A stretch of 62,417 bases of DNA, filler included, from Babesia bigemina (Eukaryota), in the NCBI RefSeq assembly GCF_000981445.1. It is 10 parts of 10 records of this genome, joined end to end, with 100 filler letters (N's around TTAATTAATTAA, not from the genome) between each part and the next. Parts side by side here need not be neighbours in the genome. Positions count along the whole stretch, not along the records: positions 45,409 to 55,628 come from NW_012237100.1; positions 55,729 to 62,417 come from NW_012237101.1; 8 more parts are not named here. One strand, written 5' to 3'. Below the pieces are notes generated by a model. That model was not told the origin of the DNA. It made no database searches and was given only the letters and a program-made list of their open reading frames with translations. Shown here one piece after another: positions 46,422 through 60,488 of the stretch (position 1 is its first letter; every line of letters begins with the position of its first letter). Both the position numbers and the translations under genes were made by a program.

Positions 46422-49400
46422 TTAAGGTTGCAGATAAAACACCCTGTTAAGCTTGTTAACACGTGCCGCGGCGAGTAGTGATTGAGCAGCGATACGATGC
46501 GATGAGGGGCTATGTAAATGCGATTTGATGTGGAGCAGGTCGAGGCGGATGACCATGATTTGGAGGAGGTACAACAAAGAGAGGAGCCAGAGTGCTACAT
46601 TGAGCCAGATGAAGGGGGCGCGGATTGTAAAAATGAATTTGTCGCACGTGTCGAATAGGTCGGTGAAATATTTGGAATTTAGCAATTTATTTAATTGAGT
46701 GCAGAAATCGGCACACTTCTTTTTATATTTATCATCATTCAATTTGACAGCGTCACAGAAACTGAATCCATATCGGTACAGCGTCGGTGACACGCCTTTA
46801 CAATCCACTATTGATGAACACTGGCAACGTGGGTTCCCGCTTTTTTCGTCAGTAAGACCATGCGATCCTTTCTTGCACGTATCGCCTCTCAAGCAGCCGC
46901 GGCAACCCCAATCGGCACAGAATATGTTGCAGAAGTCGTTGTACAAATTGTTCAGCAATTGCCAGAAATCCCATGAAAGGTATATGGCCCACGATAGGTA
47001 CAGGCTGCAGTTGTTGATGGCCATGTATTCATATGAATCTGCGCATAGCGATTGTAGATAGGGAGCGCAGGCTACATCTGCAACATCGTAACGACATATA
47101 TCTGAGCTAGTGAAATTGACAAGATGAGGATGCTTGCAATATTCATGCAAAACTTCTGTCGATCCATACGCTTTCATCAATGTTTTGGTTAGTTCATAGG
47201 AATCGGGATATAACTTAAGGGAGACATCGCGTACGCGTGATTCAAATGACGACTGGAAACTGTATTTATTTCTTTTGTCTTCGGAGAACTTAGAAATATT
47301 CGACCATCCCTTAACCAGCGACAACGCAAAACCGAAATGTTCTGGCAACGTCTTAGGGGGTTTGGGCTGAAGGCCGCACAGGTATTTGACATAATCATTA
47401 TTTAGGAATGGTTTGAGCACGTTACATAGGTACGCGCCCGTTTTGGTGGATCCGGTAAAGGCACGGAAACCGAAGGGCGTAAGGCATGTCTTACCACTGG
47501 TACTGGGAGAGCACGTCCTACATTGAGCTTTGCAGCCAACGGATTCCAATATATGCGGTAGGTGGCCCGGTAAGCAATCGTTTAGCAAGGACATTAGGGG
47601 AGAAGTTGGTTGGCAATTTGGTTTGGTGTTAACTTGGCACGCAGCCTGGCACGTTGGTTGAGTGTTTGGTTGGCACGTTACTTCGTCCGTCAATCTGTTG
47701 ACGCAGTGTGATTTGGTCGTCGAGATTTCTCTCCCGTAGTGACACTCACGCCAACCGTAGTGTTCAGCAGCCACACTGCAGCGGTTGGATAAATACCTGA
47801 ACTGCAAGAACAATCGGCGGAGTATGTCTAGCAACATGTCTAAGCATTGCGCGGGATCTGCTGGATAAGACAGACCATCAGGGTTGATACGAAACTCGCA
47901 CGCATAGCGGCCTTCGGCGTTACCGTTACCTAAGATGGCAACTAGGATATCATGGGCGTTACCGCAAACCGTTTGCAGTTTAGCGTCAAGTGCCCGTGCT
48001 GTAATTTTCGCATTGGTATGTACCTCTAAGATCAGATGGTCGGAACCAATCTCTTTATGTGTCATCTTTTCCTTCCCCTTTGGCTTAGGGAACAATTCCA
48101 TGACGTAATACCTAAGTGGTGTAAGCATCGGGTGATGCCATAAACCGCATACCCAGTGAAGCATGTCATTGATATTACGCGGTGCTTTGGGCTTCAAATG
48201 AATCCGATAGTGACAGACGCTGTAGTACGCGCCAAGGTGACTGGTAAGGCATCGGAGAATGTATAAAACATTAAAGTCTTTTGCTTTACCACCTGGTTTG
48301 CACGTTTTAAGATGCCCATCATTTGCTTTACTAATTATGGTTGCAATTAAAGCACCTATGGCCGCACCATTCTTTCTCCTGTCCAACTCCCCGTTCTGAG
48401 TATGCTCATCGTCTGACACCGTGTATCCACGTTCGTGCAGCCATTTACCAAGGGGGTTTTTGGTTTGATTACCGTCGTTACTTATGTCATTCAGGCGTAT
48501 ATTTCTACCATGAGAATCACCACGAGGAACACATCCTTGTAACAGTTTTGACAAATCATGGAAAAGTATCTCGAGTATGCTCAAAAATATTTTTGCGCCA
48601 TTTCGGCCATCAACCGTTAATTCCACATCTCCAGTTTCCCTATGTGTCCATCTTTTAATTGTATCACCCCCCTCGTATTTGTTCACATACACCCTCCCCA
48701 TCTCCTGCACAAACCCCTGCAGCCCCTGTCTAACCGCATCGAGCAGCTCCGGGTGCCGGGGGTTGGCGAAGGCGGAGGGGGATAAAGAGGTGAGGGAGGA
48801 GGAGAGGGATTCATGCTTTTTGGTGAAAGAATTATCAAAAATGTATTTACGAGTGGAATTATGAGTATGGAGATGGGTAAGTAAATTGTCAAATTTTTTT
48901 CTAATACCATCGACATTAGTTGCGTGCCCGCAGTATGAGGGAGTGCTCACTTGATCGCCAATATAGAATAAGATGATACTAACAAATTTTTTAAATTTCT
49001 GTACTAATGTTTGAAAATTTAAAAGACAAGTCTCCGGCGACGAAGTTTCCGAAATCTCAGATATTTTCACCGACTCGAGATTCTCCACGTCGGAGTTCAG
49101 TTTCGTCAATAATCCTTTCAAGCCATTGTTTCTGTCATGTCGAATTAACGTATCGAGTGCACGTTTTTGCGTGTCAACGATTGTTTTCAAATCATCAAGT
49201 TCTATGTTCTTTCGTTTGGCGTATAGAGATGTGGCCTTCTTGTGAATGTTGGTCGCAGCTGACGCTACTTTTTGTTGCACATTGTGATATATCTCACTTA
49301 TGGTGTTCTGTACCTCTTTGCCGATCAGGGCGTAGAAATTATTTGCTGCTGCAATAATGCCAAACACGGTGGTAGGTGGGTTGTCGTTGCTAAGCTCGTT

Positions 49401-51562
49401 GTCCGTCCCTATGATTTCGTTAAGTCGCTTTTGAATATATTTTAATCCCTTCGCAGTTTGATCCGGCCAAGTATTTTCAGCCCCATTTATACCGGAGTTT
49501 AGAAGATCCGATAACGTAAAAATTATATCATTACCTTTCGATTCTTGCAATTTTCTTCTGAGACTGTTGAGCTCGCCCGTCAATGCACCAAATCTGCGCG
49601 ACGTGTCTTGGATGTATTGGATAGTACTTTGTTTGGCATTGCCCAGAGCGTTGCCTAATCCATCAAGTTTAACTGTTAACCCGGCAATTTGAATTGCGTT
49701 AACCACATGTTTGAATCTGAGCTGTTGTGCTGTGATTTGGTGACGCAAATTTGGTACATCTTGCGCAATGCCGGTGTGATCGTTAGCAAGATCTTCAGAG
49801 AGACGCTTAACTCCCGCAAAGGAGGCTTCGACCGAATTCGCCGCCTCATCAAGTGGTCTAAACATCCCTGTAAAGTCGTCTACCATTGCTGCAACTCTTC
49901 TTTTAATCGTGACTAATTCATCGTTGATGGCTTTGGCTATGCTTTCGCCCTTTGGCTTTATACCTAGTAATTTTTCTAGATTTTCTTGAAGGAATTCTGC
50001 AGGTGACTTTAACGGTTTTGGTGCTTTTGGTTTGGGCGAGATTTTCTGCAGAGCCTCTTCGGCCTCTGATCTGGCAATATCGAGTAAGTTCATCAGGCCC
50101 TTAACATCGTTATGCAATTTCACCATCAAACCTTCAAAACCCTGTTTGGTGTCCACTCCAAGTGCTTCTAGAAGCTGTGTGAGATGATGGTCCATACTAG
50201 CGACCGTTGGCTCGAAACCTTGTCGTACACCATTAAGATAATATTCGTTCATATCATCGCACGCTCTTCTTAAACTGCGAACGTTCTGTTCTAGAATCGT
50301 TTTACACGATTGCAGATGCTTCACATTGCCAACATTTGCTTCGGCCTTATGCAAGGCTGTCTCCGACGACGCCTGTAAAGCTTTCAGGTGACGTTCCGCT
50401 TCTTCACGCCTTTTATCGAGCTCAATACTCTGTTTCCTGGTTTCGTTCAACAACGTGGCAGCACTAGCAAGAATGTCTCCAACTTCCTTCGTTGCACCGT
50501 TCTCCATTTCCTTAGCATACTCGGTGATTTTTTTGACATGCGCCTCTAGCCTTCTATGAACTTCTTCTGCTTTCCTCTTAAGCGTGTCGACAACCTTAGC
50601 AGCGGCCGCTATCCATGCAGACAAATCGGTATCAACTTCCATCAAGTTACCTTTAACACCAATGATAGGTTCCCGAATCTGCTTATTAAAGATGTTATAG
50701 ATTTCACTCCACATCTTACTTACACGGAACTTCACAAAATCATTTAATTCTCTACTCACCTTATCTATTTCCTCCTGCGCTGTCGCAGTTAAACATTCCA
50801 AGTCTCTATTTTCAGCTGATTTCTTAAAGCTGTCAATGGCTTGTCCAATCGTATCAATGGAATGCGATAATTTCATTTTTAGATTCGTGTCTAGTTCACT
50901 AATAACTGCTTCACTTACTGTTAGTTTGCACATGGCATTTGTAGCATCAGTGATGAAGTTCGTTAATGCATCGTCGACAATTTTTAAAGATTCGGAACCT
51001 CTATGCTTTATTAAGTTTTTATACGATTCAAATGCAATATTAATCTGAGTAATATTATCATTAACGTCTCTAATTTTATTTTCCACCTCCCTCTCATACC
51101 CCTCCAACCACCCCTTCACCACGGCGACAGACACCGCAAGCCCATCACGCCCGGAGCCAATTTTACTATCTACAAGTTTGAGAACACTTTTAAGCTTTTT
51201 ATTGTCATCATTGATGTATTTATCATAAGTTATCACTACATTTTCGTTTTTAACAGTCACCAACACTCCCAGAAAAAACGCCATCACCCCGTCACACAGC
51301 CTGTCCAAGTCGGAGTACACAATCCCAGTGCCGTCGTAGCCTTTGGACTCAGAGTTGAAGCCGAGGAATTTTTCGAGGCCGGAGCAGAGGTTAGTAAGGA
51401 TGTTAGTAGGGTAGTTATTTAAGGTAATTTTGAGGTTCAAAATTTTGTCAAATTTCTTGCCAAGCTCCCTAGGCGGCACATGGTCAGGGCAGTGGCAAGA
51501 GGTGGAAGAGGGAAGTGAAGAGTGACAAGGCACAAGTTATTAGGATGGTTTAAAGAGGTCAT
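46422..51562 (-). CDS. ves1: Full-length ves-like gene, type-A tail; leader ATG (51562) frameshifted by a 1-nt deletion, first in-frame ATG at 51284
   Basis: 1703-codon open frame with all ves motifs, TM and tail. Confidence 0.85.
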
Positions 51563-51587
51563 AGCGGTAATATGGCGAGGTGATTCG

Positions 51588-54500
51588 AGCGATGTAGAGT
51601 GGGTTAAGGGGCGATGTAGAGTGGATAAAGGGGCGATGTAGAGTGGATAAAGGGGCGATGGAGAGTGGGTTAAGGGAGCTATGTAGAGTGGGTTAAGGGG
51701 CGATGTAGAGTGGGTTAGGGCGATGTAGAGATAAAGGGGCGATGTAGAGTGGGTAAAGGAGCGATGTGGAGTGGATAAAGGGGCGATGTAGAGTGGGTAA
51801 AGGAGCGATGTAGAGTGGGTATAAGGGGCGATGTAGAGTGGATAAAGGAGCGATGTAGAGTGGATAAAGGAGCGATGTAGAGTGGAGTAAGGGGCGATGT
51901 AGAGTGGATTAAGGGGCGATGTAGAGTGGGTTAGGGAGCGATGTAGAGTGGGTTAAGGAGCGATGTAGAGTGGATAGAGGGGCGATGTAGAGTGGGTAAA
52001 GGGGCGATGTAGAGTGGGTAAAGGAGCGATGTAGAGTGGGTTAAGGGGCGATGTAGAGTGGATAAAGGGGCGATGTAGAGTGGGTAAAGGAGCGATGTAG
52101 AGTGGGTTAAGGGGCGATGTAGAGTGGGTTAGGGAGCGATGTAGAGTGGGTTAGGGGGCGATGTAGAGTGGGTAAAGGAGCGATGTAGAGTGGGTTAAGG
52201 GGCGATGTGGAGTGGGTTAAGGGGCGATGTAGAGTGGGTAAGGGAGCGATGTAGAGTGGATAAAGGGGCGATGTAGAGTGGGTAAAGGGGCGATGTAGAG
52301 TGGGTTAAGGAGCGATGTAGAGTGGGTTAAGGGGCGATGTAGAGTGGATAAAGGGGCGATGTAGAGTGGATAAAGGGGCGATGTAGAGTGGGTAAAGGGG
52401 CGATGTAGAGTGGGTTAGGGAGCGATGTAGAGTGGATAAAGGAGCGATGTAGAGTGGGTAAAGGAGCGATGTAGAGTGGGTTAGGGAGCGATGTAGAGTG
52501 GGTTAAGGGGCGATGTAGAGTGGGTTAGGGAGCGATGTGGAGTGGGTTAAGGGGCGATGTAGAGTGGGTTAAGGGGCGATGTAGGGTGGATAAAGGAGCG
52601 ATGTAGAGTGGGTTAGGGAGCGATGTGGAGTGGGTTAAGGGGCGATGTAGAGTGGATAAAGGGGCGATGTAGAGTGGGTTAGGGAGCGATGTAGAGTGGG
52701 TAAAGGGGCGATGTAGAGTGGGTAAGGGAGCGATGTAGAGTGGGTTAAGGGGCGATGTAGAGTGGGTTAAGGGGCGATGTAGAGTGGGTTAAGGAGCGAT
52801 GTAGAGTGGATAAGGGGCGATGTAGAGTGGGTAAGGGAGCGATGTAGAGTGGGTTAAGGAGCGATGTAGAGTGGGTAAGGGAGCGATGTAGAGTGGGTTA
52901 AGGAGCGATGTAGAGTGGGTTAAGGGGCGATGTAGAGTGGATAAAGGGGCGATGTGGAGTGGATAAAGGGGCGATGTAGAGTGGGTTAAGGAGCGATGTA
53001 GAGTGGGTTAAGGGGCGATGTAGAGTGGGTAAAGGGGCGATGTAGAGTGGGTTAAGGGGCGATGTGGAGTGGGTTAGGGAGCGATGTAGAGTGGGTTAAG
53101 GAGCGATGTAGAGTGGGTTAAGGGGCGATGTAGAGTGGGTTAAGGGGCGATGTAGAGTGGATCAAGGAGCGATGTAGAGTGGGTTAAGGAGCGATGTAGA
53201 GTGGGTTAAGGAGCGATGTAGAGTGGATTAAGGAGCGATGTAGAGTGGGTTAGGGAGCGATGTAGAGTGGATAAAGGGGCGATGTAGAGTGGATTAGGGA
53301 GCGATGTAGAGTGGGCTAGGGAGCGATGTGGAGTGGATAAGGGAGCGATGTAGAGTGGGTTAAGGGGCGATGTAGAGTGGGTAAGGGGCGATGTAGAGTG
53401 GGTAAAGGGGCGATGTAGAGTGGGTTAAGGAGCGATGTAGAGTGGGTAAAGGGGCGATGTAGAGTGGGTAAGGGAGCGATGTAGAGTGGGTTAAGGGGCG
53501 ATGTAGAGTGGGTTAAGGGGCGATGTAGAGTGGGTTAAGGGGCGATGTAGAGTGGATTAAGGGGCGATGTAGAGTGGATAAAGGAGCGATGTAGAGTGGA
53601 TAAAGGGGCGATGTAGAGTGGATAAAGGAGCGATGTAGAGTGGGTTAAGGAGCGATGTAGAGTGGGTAAAGGGGCGATGTAGAGTGGGTAAAGGGGCGAT
53701 GTAGAGTGGGTAAAGGGGCGATGTGGAGTGGGTTAAGGGGCGATGTAGAGTGGGTTAAGGGGCGATGTAGAGTGGATAAAGGGGCGATGTAGAGTGGGTT
53801 AAGGGGCGATGTAGAGTGGATAAAGGGGCGATGTAGAGTGGATAAAGGGGCGATGTAGAGTGGGTAAAGGGAGCGATGTAGAGTGGGTTAGGGAGCGATG
53901 TAGAGTGGATTAGGGAGCGATGTAGAGTGGGTTAAGGAGCGATGTAGAGTGGGTTAAGGGGCGAGCGATGTAGAGTGGGTAAAGGGGCGATGTGGAGTGG
54001 TTAAGGGGCGATGTAGAGTGGGTTAGGGAGCGATGTAGAGTGGGTTAAGGGGCGATGTAGAGTGGTTAAAGGGGCGATGTAGAGTGGGTTAGGGAGCGAT
54101 GTAGAGTGGATTAAGGGGCGATGTAGAGTGGGTTAAGGGGCGATGTAGAGTGGGTTAAGGAGCGATGTAGAGTGGGTTAGGGAGCGATGTAGAGTGGGTT
54201 AGGGAGCGATGTAGAGTGGGTAAAGGGGCGATGTAGAGTGGGTTAAGGGGCGATGTAGAGTGGGTTAGGGAGCGATGTAGAGTGGGTTAGGGGGCGATGT
54301 AGAGTGGGTAAAGGGGCGATGTAGAGTGGGTAAAGGGGCGATGTAGAGTGGGTAAAGGGGCGATGTAGAGTGGATAAAGGGGCGATGTAGAGTGGATAAA
54401 GGGGCGATGTAGAGTGGATAAAGGGGCGATGTAGAGTGGGTTAAGGGGCGATGTAAAGTGGGTTAAGGGGCGATGTAGAGTGGGTAAGGGAGCGATGTAG

Positions 54501-55628
54501 AGTGGGTAAAGGGGCGATGTAGAGTGGGTAAAGGGGCGATGTAGAGTGGGTTAGGGAGCGATGTAGAGTGGGTAAAGGGGCGATGTAGAGTGGATAAGGA
54601 GCGATGTGGAGTGGATTAGGGAGCGATGTGGAGTGGGTTAGGGAGCGATGTGGAGTGGATAAAGGGGCGATGTAGGGTGGATAGAGGAGCGATGTAGAGT
54701 GCGTTAGGGAGCGATGTAGAGTGGGTTAGGGAGCGATGTAGAGTGGGTTAGGGAGCGATGTAGAGTGGATAAAGGGGCGATGTGGAGTGGGTTAGGGAGC
54801 GATGTAGAGTGGGTTAGGGAGCGATGTAGAGTGGATAAGGGAGCGATGTAGAGTGGTTAAAGGGGCGATGTAGAGTGGTTAAAGGGGCGATGTAGAGTGG
54901 GTTAGGTAGCGATGTGGAGTGGGTTAAGGAGCGATGTAGAGTGGATTAAGGGGCGATGTAAGGTGGGTTAAGGGGCGATGTAGAGTGGATAAAGGAGCGA
55001 TGTAGAGTGGGTTAAGGGGCGATGTAGAGTGAGTTAGGGAGCGATGTAGAGTGGGTTAAGGGGCGATGTAGAGTGGATAAAGGGGCGATGTAGAGTGGAT
55101 AAGGAGCGATGTGGAGTGGATTAGGGAGCGATGTGGAGTGGGTCAGGGAGCGATGTAGAGTGAGTAAAGGGGCGATGTAGAGTGGATAAGGAGCGATGTG
55201 GAGTGGATTAGGGAGCGATGTGGAGTGGGTTAGGGAGCGATGTGGAGTGGATAAAGGGGCGATGTAGGGTGGATAGAGGAGCGATGTAGAGTGCGTTAGG
55301 GAGCGATGTAGAGTGGGTTAGGGAGCGATGTAGAGTGGGTTAGGGAGCGATGTGGAGTGGATTAGGGAGCGATGTAGAGTGGGTTAAGGGGCGATGTAGA
55401 GTGGATTAAGGGGCGATGTAGTGTGGATAAAGGGGCGATGTAGAGTGGGTTAAGGGGCGATGTAGAGTGGGTTAAGGAGCGATGTGAGGTGGATAAAGGG
55501 GCGATGTAGAATGCATAAAGGGACGATGTAGAGTGGATAAAGGGGCGATGTAGGGTGGATAAATGGGGCGATGTAGGGTGGATAAAGGGGCGATGTAGAG
55601 TGGATAAGGGAGCGATGTAGAGTGGATG
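51588..55628 (-). repeat. 22-bp ves-upstream satellite, about 4 kb
   Basis: Tandem GCGATGTAGAGTGGGTTAAGGG units. Confidence 0.97.
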
Positions 55629-55728
55629 NNNNNNNNNNNNNNNNNNNNNNNNNNNNNNNNNNNNNNNNNNNNTTAATTAATTAANNNNNNNNNNNNNNNN
55701 NNNNNNNNNNNNNNNNNNNNNNNNNNNN

Positions 55729-56576
55729 CCAGTCATGTTATAAAGGACGCTTTCGAGGCATCGATTGTCGGCAGTTCCATCGGCCTTTACAAGCAACCCA
55801 GCAGCTTCACCAAGGTGCTGAGTAATGCCTATGGCAGCCGTGAAAGTACCCATGCACGAGAAAGCCATCCCATATCTACTCGAGCTGACTTATTAAGTCT
55901 GGCTAAAAAAGAATCTTGCATCTATTCAATTAGCGACAACGTCCATTGCGCTCCGTATCTGTCGTCGGTCTGTTCAGATTTCTATCACTACCTTGCCATA
56001 AAGCACGCCGACTTATATCTGTCCTGGGCAGTCTACTTGCCGTGGACACTGTATAAGTATCTAAAAAGTTTACTCGATGCATTCTGTAATATTTCCTGTA
56101 AGGACTGGGAATGCAGCAGATGCACGCACGGCGACAAATGCAAACCGGGGAAGCATGGTGTAGGATACAGCTGTACTTGCAAAGCACTAGTACACTGTCG
56201 TGGCGTTATGAGCACATTCTACAGTTACGGATTCGCATTTGGCAACCCTCAAACACTGTTAGCCACGGATGGCAGGAGATATTGCCACAGTTTCTACAAC
56301 CAGCTGAATAATGTCTTAAACTCTGTTTGTTTCAAGGACCTCCTCCAAAAGTGCGACGAATTCATTTTCACCATCAGGCAGCCGTTCATATGGCTCAACG
56401 TGGCACTGTGGTCCCTCTCCCTCTTCTACCTCATCTGCGTGATGGTTGGCAGGCTGGATGTGCTCCACATACGCTCACATCTGCGAACACCGTCGTCGCA
56501 CAGGATAACGGCGCAGTCATTGTTGGCTGCAGCGCAAGTCGGAAGGCTTGCCAAGATATCGTATCTACAACCGTAA
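55729..56576 (+). CDS. ves1: 3' end of ves-like gene, type-B tail
   Basis: CAPYLSS..YLSWAVYLPW..FCNISCKDW, TM, HIRSHLRTPSSHRITAQSLLAAAQVGRLAKISYLQP. Confidence 0.8.
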
Positions 56577-56744
56577 TTGTAGTCACGTCTGTAATTCACT
56601 GTAACTCACGTAACTACTCACTTAGCGAATCACCTACTCACCTAACCGACGAACGTAGTCTAATGTCTCGAATTACTCTAGCGGAAACCTGTGAACTAAA
56701 TAGCACCTAGATTAAGTGATGACTAAACGACAATGCAACGTGTT

Positions 56745-57160
56745 GACCTAACATCCAAGCTGAGTGCTAACCTAGCACCCAGGCAAAGTGCTGAGCTAGC
56801 AACCAGGCAAAGTGATAATCTAGCACCCAAACAAAGTGCTAACCTAGCACCCAGGCAAAGTGCTAACCTAGCAACCAGGCAAAGTGGTAACCTAGCATCC
56901 AGGCAAAGTGCTAAGCAGGCACCCAGGCTAAGTGGTAAGCTAGCAACCAGGCAAAGTGCTAAGCTAGAACCCAGGCAAAGTGGTAAGCTAGCACGCAGGC
57001 TAAGTGTTAAGCTAGCAACCAGGCAAAGTGCTAAGCAGGCACCCAGGCTAAGTGGTAAGCTAGCAACCAGGCAAAGTGCTAAGCTAGTACCCGGGCAAAG
57101 TGCTAAGCTGGCATCCAGGCAAAGTGCTAAGCTGACAACCAGGCAAAGTGGTAAGCTGGC
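56745..57160 (+). repeat. 24-bp satellite
   Basis: Tandem AGGCAAAGTGCTAAGCTAGCAACC variants. Confidence 0.9.
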
Positions 57161-57306
57161 GGATGAACCGTCATTTGGTGGGTGTTGTAGCACGTTGAGC
57201 TGTGCGTTGACTGTGAGAGGTGTCCGCGTTGCCCATTGAGTCAGTGTCACGTGAGGCTGGGTGATTGGTCGCTAACGTAGGCGGTCGTGAGGGCCGCGGC
57301 GGGTGA

Positions 57307-60300
57307 AGATTCAACTCATTACCAATATAAAGACAGTGTCAAGGCCAAGTTGCAACTTTTGAGCGATTTGATAAACAGTGAAGGTGATGTCAGCATTGAA
57401 GGTCTAAAAGACAAGCAGAAGAGTCTCAAAAAACTTCACAGCGAACTCAACAAACTGCGTAACGAACTAGCAGATAAACCAATGAAAGCCACTGAAGAAT
57501 TACTCTCATTCATCAAGCACGCCCAAAAGCATTATTCAGACGACCTTAAACAATTCCTCAACAAACAGGTCGAAGAGGCAAAATCTAATCTCACCTCCCA
57601 CACCCGTGAGCAGTACATCACTGCCGTAACCACGCTCCTAGAAGACTACACTAAGAAGGTGGCGAAAGATCTGGAACCCTTGCCTCAAGCCATCACCAAT
57701 GATTTGGATAAAGGACACAAAAAGTTCATGAGCATGTTCGAGTCCAAATTTGTAAAAAAGTACGAGGATATTGCCAGCATTGACGTCAAGTCTACCAAGA
57801 GGGAATCTCCGTTGAGCCAGGCGGCAAAAATATTATATAGCACGTTCAGACGTTTACATTCTTATCTGAAGTCAGATGATGACTTCACGTTGGACATTTC
57901 AAAAATCAAGCCATCGAATGACGCTCTTGTGAAATTGTTCGAAGACCTCAAGACGTCAGAACACTTCAACCATACGTTTTCAGAAAATGTGGATACCGTT
58001 AAGAAGACGTTCGAAGACTTCCATCCATCTAAGTTCGGTGGACCAACAACTGTACTCTCGCAGGCTCTCAAGGAGGGAATCGGCGCTTTGGTCACCGAGC
58101 TCGACAAGGCGTACGTCTCCTCGTACTCCGGCGTGGAATATGAAGGCCCGTTGGTCACCGAAGAAACCACTGACACTAAAACCATCGAGCTGACTGCCTA
58201 CGGCACCAAGCTCTCCAAGGTCTGTCTCACCATCACGCCCATCTTATACGACGCTCTAACTGAACTCAAGCATAGACTCGAATACAGCGGTTGGGATGGC
58301 CACAAAATATATCACCCAGCTGACAGCACCTCCAGCCTCCACGCTCTTTTCTTCCGCGACAACGGGTATGACGTCCATCGTCCTGAGGGCGCTGAGCATG
58401 GCGAACTGAATCATAAAACTGATTTTAATGGTAGCAGCATTCTCAAACACCTAACCAACGATACGCATAATCTGTTCAGCCAACTGTCATCTCCCGTCAC
58501 CGACGTTCCTCAATCGACATCCGGGTCGGACGAGCTAGGTGTAACCTTCGCGGAGGAAAGTGGTCTCATCCGAAAACTCTATGATTTCCTGCAGACGTAC
58601 TTCAGTGTATGCCACCTTGCTCGTGTTGATAAACCCCGGGCTCCATGCTCCATTTACGAAATTCTCGTCTGGTGCAACGGCCTGCAGTTCAACCCCGTGT
58701 ACGAGAGGCTCAAGGCGCAAGTCAAATCTGAGTTCATGAAGGAGGACAAGCAAAGGCCGGGTACTAAAACGCTGCAGCCCTTCGAAGCGCACCCGTCACC
58801 TGTCAAATACACTGACGTCGAAAAGCAGCTCTACAATGTGTCTGCCCACTCCCACGCCGTCCTCACTGCTATACTAGGCCACGGTCACAAGGACGGAATC
58901 TACGCGTGTGAATTCTCCGACAACTCGCTCAAGTTAGATTACCCAACCAGCATGATTCAGTTACTGTGTACGTTGTTCGACCTGCTCAAGCGCCTCTACC
59001 ACCAGCTGTACTTCCTGCTGCAGCAGTGTCAACTTACAACTCAGCTCAGCGGCTGGAGGGACTGCCACTACGGCAGGTACATCGGTGGGTCGGGCTGGCA
59101 GTGCAACACGAAGCAGTGCCCTAAGCAAGACTGCGACCAACGGCATGACCAAAGTGGCAACCAAACGGGTGGCCAATATCCCAACTGCGGCGTCAAGTCG
59201 CCACTGCAATCGTTCTTGGAGGACGGTTTGAAAGGCCACCTGCCGCATTCGGTTACGGCTAGGGGATCCAGTCTGTCATGTGGCACGTGTGGTAGTACAC
59301 CTGGTATGCCGTGCCGAACTCCGATGGGCTTCGCTGACATCGGTGCCACCGCGTCGCATACGATGATGGGCCGCAATATATGCGAGGTGCTTTACGATTT
59401 TTGTGGCCGTCCTAACTCCCCTCTCACTAGACTGTGCGGTTACCTCAACTGCCTGCTACCCAGTGCTCCGAAAACACTAACGGACATGTTCAGCTTCTAC
59501 TATCACCTCACCGATCGCTGGGGTATGCACGGTAACAAACACAAGAAAGAGGCATTTGAGGAGAAAGTTAAAGCAGCCAATTTCGGACGTAGTTATGGTG
59601 AGTTGAACGTCTACCACTTATTTACCCCTAGTCACTCAGCATTGAAGAAGGGCCACTCCGATGGTAGCCTGGGCAGTCTCGTATGCTTATCAAGGGACGC
59701 CGTAGTATGCGGTCCTTATTTGCGGCCCATCACTCACGCCATCTACGAGACGTTCTCGTCAAAACACGCCGATAAGTATTTGTCGTGGATCGTTTACCTG
59801 ACGGCATCGTTCTACGATCTGCTTAAGAAATTGTATGATGAGTGCAATTCCAAATGCGGTGCCAGGGGATCGAATTGCCATGGTAAATCGTGCATCAAGG
59901 GGTGTCCTACTACATCCAAAAAAGATCCGCCACGATATCACGATCGCAATTGCAAATCCATTGTACAGTGCAATGCTACGCTGCCGACATTGGCGAAGTA
60001 CGGCTTCGTTCTCGGCGATCCAGAGAGGCTGAACGGAAGCGCAGGCATTGAGAAGAAACGCACGTGCAGAGATTTCTGTAATGTATTTAAAGAGGCATTT
60101 GACAAAGACTCACATCTTGTGCAGTTTTTCAAAGCCATTGATAATTTCATGTTCACCATCAGGCAGCCCTTCATCTGGCTAAACATCGCACTCTGGTCAC
60201 TATCCCTCTTCTACCTCATCTGCGTGATGGTTGGCAGACTGGATGTGCTCCACATCAAATCGCACCTACACTCACCATCATCACATCGCATAGCTGCTCA

Positions 60301-60361
60301 ATCACTACTCGCCGCTGGACGTGTTAACAAACTGGGCAGGGTGTTTTATCTGCAGCCGTAA
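57307..60361 (+). pseudogene. ves1: 5'-truncated chimeric ves-like gene (frame open; first ATG at 57482)
   Basis: Begins abruptly inside the conserved non-coding element. The C-terminal part closely matches 6705-8635. Type-B TM with type-A tail. Confidence 0.7.
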
Positions 60362-60488
60362 TCGTACTCACGTGTTTACTATCTACACTCACCTAGCGTA
60401 TCACCTACTCACCTATACAACTAATTGTTGTCTAATGTTTTGAATCACTCATTAATCGTTCTATGTGATTGTGTAATAGTTAACTAAA

